Shown piece by piece: positions 60,912 to 64,000 of a stretch of DNA of 64,000 nt. Below the pieces are notes generated by a model that ran no database searches, was not told the origin of the DNA, and saw nothing but the letters and a program-made list of their open reading frames with translations. The translations under genes and the position numbers were made by a program. Positions within the stretch are counted from its first letter, which is position 1. Every line of letters starts with the position of its first letter. This DNA comes from Mobula hypostoma (Eukaryota), in contig NC_086107.1 of NCBI RefSeq assembly GCF_963921235.1, forward strand, positions 97,466,001 to 97,530,000, given 5' to 3'.

Positions 60912-61322
60912 TACCAGAATGAATGCTGGACCCTTTCTCCAGCAATGGAAAGGAGACTAGAAGCAGCTGAATTATGGTTCTACAGGAGAATGTTAAAAGA
61001 ATCATGGACCACACACACATCAGGTGAAGAAGTTCTCAGAAGAGCCCAAGCAGTTCGATCACTCATACCAACAATAAGAGAAAGACAACTCAGATTCCTA
61101 GGACACATCATGTGGAAAGATTAACTAGAAAAACTCATACTCTCTGGAAAGATTGAGGGGAGCAAACCTAGATGAAGACCTCAGTTTATGTACATCAAAA
61201 GCCTAGCCAGGTGGCTACACATCGAGGAAATGGAAGTCATCCAAAAAACGAAGGGTAGATCTATATGGAAAACCATGGTCACCAAAGTCCACATCGGATA
61301 TGGGACCTAGACAGACAGACAG
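60912..61322 (+). mobile_element. 5'-truncated RTE-clade LINE
   Basis: ECWTL...RRLEAAELWFYRRML..SW.....EEVL...IRERQLRFLGHIM; (gaca)n tail; TSD accactc at 60905-60911 and 61323-61329. Confidence 0.88.
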
Positions 61323-62574
61323 ACCACTCAACCAGGTGAGTTTTCATGCAAAAACCATGGCTTATTTTTCTTTAAACTTTCATTGTTCTGGTCACACACT
61401 TAATCAAACAGCCAAAACCACCAAGTTTTTGCCTCGTTCTTGACCTCCGAAGAATCTCTGGACAAACTTCACCAGATCCAACTTGGGAAAAGCATGCAAA
61501 CTCCACACAGACAGTTGTGATCAATCCTATCTTTGCACTGAGTGGTTGGCCAAGATAATGTGCTCAATTCTCATTGGGAGTGGGACCCGAATCTTCCACC
61601 TCCTCCCTCAGCAGTGCAGAGGGAACATCAAATGTTCAATACCTGGGCTCAGAACACAACCTCTTCAAAAGCCGGCAGACAGGTTTCTCTCCTGCCCCTC
61701 TCACGATGACACCTGACCCAGGGGCATACCCATCACTGGCCACCCAGGACACAGAGCTTTGCAGAACCATTTCAGGAGCAGGTAAAGTACAGATTCACAG
61801 CTGCCAGTCTGGAGTGTCCGAGAGGTCACCCAAGCTCCTGCAGTGGTCCAGGTGATGCTTAAGAACATCCAAAAGTGTTATGGACACCATTAATGTGGGA
61901 GTTCTAAATCCAGGTTATAGTTTAACCATTTCACCGTTTCCATTGCCATTGGATTGTGTCTCCAGATTATGAGTTCAAGTCAATGGATTTCAAATCCTCT
62001 GTGCACCAAATCATTGCCAAGATGGGGACATCAGGAACAGGCTATTCAGCCCCTCTACCATTTAGTAGTCCATGGTTGATCCCCACAACCCTGGACAGAG
62101 TTTGCAGCCATCACCAGGCAGCACATTGGCACAGAGATGGTAGATTCTGGTAACAGCACCCCAACATTCCCGACCCTGACGCTGTCTGTGCAGAGTGCGC
62201 GATCTGACCCCTGTGGCTGCATGGGTTTCCCCAGGAGTCCTTCCCACATCCCAAAGGCATGCAGGGACGGTGGTTTAGTGTCCGCTGTCAAACAGCCCGA
62301 GTGTGTGCGTGAGGGATGGAATGTAGAGAGATGTTGGAGAAAAATATAGGGCCAGTGTACAGCGAACTTCTCTTAATCCAGCAACCTCAGGACTGGGATG
62401 CTGGATTAGCAGATTTTCCAGACTATTGGACGTTGCTTCAAATAGTTAGATTTAATGTTTTGAGATTCATAGATGCTTAGAGTTATACAGCATGGAACCA
62501 GAACCTTTGGGTTAAATCTTCCTTGCTGACCAAGATGTCTTCAACCAGTCCACTTTCCCAGGCATGGCCCAAGT

Positions 62575-62895
62575 CTGTGAGTTTGTGTGTGTCTGGGTGT
62601 GTGTGAGTGTGTGTGTGTCAGTGGTGTGAGAGAGTAGGTATGTACATGTGTGAGTGTGTGGGTGTCTGTGTCTGGGTGTGTGTGTAAGTGTATGTGTGTG
62701 TGTGTGTGTCTGTGTGTGAGTGTGTGTGTGAGTGTGTATGTGTCAGTGGTGTGTGAGAGTAGGTGTGTACATGTGTGAGTGTGTGTGAGTGTGTGTGTGT
62801 GTCTGTCTGTGTGAGTGTGTGTGTGTCTGGGTGTGTGTGTGTCTATGTGTGTGTGAGTGTGTGTGTGTGTGTGTGTGCGTGCGTGTGAGTGTGCA
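62575..62895. repeat. Degenerate GT-rich microsatellite
   Basis: (GT)n with gagt/gtct interruptions and an internal duplication (gtcagtggtgtg.gagagtagg twice). Confidence 0.93.
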
Positions 62896-63260
62896 CATCC
62901 ATGTGCAAATAAGTGAGTGTCTGCTGTTTTGACTTTATTCACCCTAGGTTAATTTTTCACTAATGTTCCTATAACTGAATCATGACTTCTTTTATTCTTT
63001 TAAAGGATGTGTCCTTCACAGACTGGGCCAGCACATAATTCCCCGTCCCTAGGTGTTTTTTGAGAAGGTGGGTGTGAACTCTGCCCTACTTGAGCTCACA
63101 CTCTGCCACACTCAGTACTGCCATGGGGGAATATGACCCAATGACAGTGAAGGAACAGCGATGTATTTCCATCTCAGGATGGAGGGCAACTTCCAGAGGA
63201 TGGTGTTCCTTGTGTCACAGCCCTCCATACCCCTTGTGCAGGCCAACGGGAATAATAGCT

Positions 63261-63679
63261 CAGACTGTGCAAAAGTCTTAGGCACCCTAGATTTTTCATA
63301 TGGTTTCAGACCATATGGCCTCCACAGAGCCCTAATCTCAACATCATCGAGGTTGTCTGGGATTACCTGGAGAGACAGAAGCAAGTGAGATAGCCGAAGT
63401 CTGCAGAAGAACTGTGGCAAGTTCTCCTGGATACTTGGAACAAGCAACCAGTTGATTTTCTTATAAAACCGCATGACAATGTTCCTAAGAGAATTGATGC
63501 AATTTTAAATGCAAAGGCGGTCACAGCAAATGTTGATTTGATTCGATTTATTTTTACTGTTGACTGCTCTTTATAGTAATTTGTTTATATTTAGAAACGT
63601 ATCATTTCATTTTTGTGGAAAGCATCATCACTTTACAGAATTTTTCTACATGTGCCTCAAACATTTGCACAGTACTGTA
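63261..63679 (+). mobile_element. Tc1/mariner deletion derivative with transposase C-terminal remnant
   Basis: WPPQSPNLNIIEVVWDYLE (WPxxSPDLNPIE motif); TIRs ctgtgcaaaagtcttaggca and tgcctcaaacatttgcacagtactg-TA. Confidence 0.87.
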
Positions 63680-63855
63680 GATGGGCTGAAGGGCCTGTTT
63701 CTCTGCTGTACCGCTCTGTGACATATCCTGCCCGCTGCTGGAGGCAGAGAGTTTGACAGGGAGTATCCAAAGATTCTTGGTGAAACTCCAACTAGGCCAA
63801 GTAGCCTGTGTGTTGAACATTTGAGTATTTATACACTTTCTGAAGTATTATAAAT

Positions 63856-64000
63856 CTCTTTCTCTCTGTCTCTCCCTCTCTCTTTCTCTCTCTCTCCCTC
63901 CCTCCCCCCTCTCTCTTTTCCCCTCTCTCCCCCTCTCCCTCTCCCTCTCCCCCTCCCACTCTCCCCCTCTCTCTATCCCTCCCCCTCTCCCTCTCCCCGT
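63856..64000. repeat. CT-rich polypyrimidine low-complexity tract
   Basis: Almost exclusively C and T to the end of the window. Confidence 0.9.

Noticed and set aside
62541..62942. His/Thr-rich ORF (also 58807..59160)
   Set aside because: Translation artefact of GT/CA microsatellites

Overview
Eukaryotic, vertebrate-type non-coding DNA made almost entirely of nested transposable elements. The repeat mix (abundant CR1 and Rex1/Babar LINEs, Penelope-derived repeats, tRNA SINEs, Deu-domain SINE remnants) suggests a cartilaginous fish, probably a ray or shark; this is inferred from repeat content only. I found no recognisable host-gene exon, so this is intergenic DNA or a large intron. Elements identified by eye: CR1, Rex1/Babar, L1, RTE, R4/Dong-like and HERO-like non-LTR fragments; Penelope-like elements (GIY-YIG ORF, minimal hammerhead ribozyme motif); five Gypsy-type LTR remnants (one chromovirus, one internally deleted copy with an open integrase ORF) plus solo LTRs; and Tc1/mariner and other TIR elements. 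Many insertions have readable target-site duplications (TSDs). The most unusual structures are a LINE-derived 16 x 36-bp minisatellite with ORFs open on both strands, extra-TIR/composite architecture in three DNA-transposon copies, and fold-back Penelope hairpins centred on the ribozyme palindrome. I see no firm evidence of a wholly new biological system. Family names come from motif recognition, not database searches, and boundaries without a TSD are approximate.
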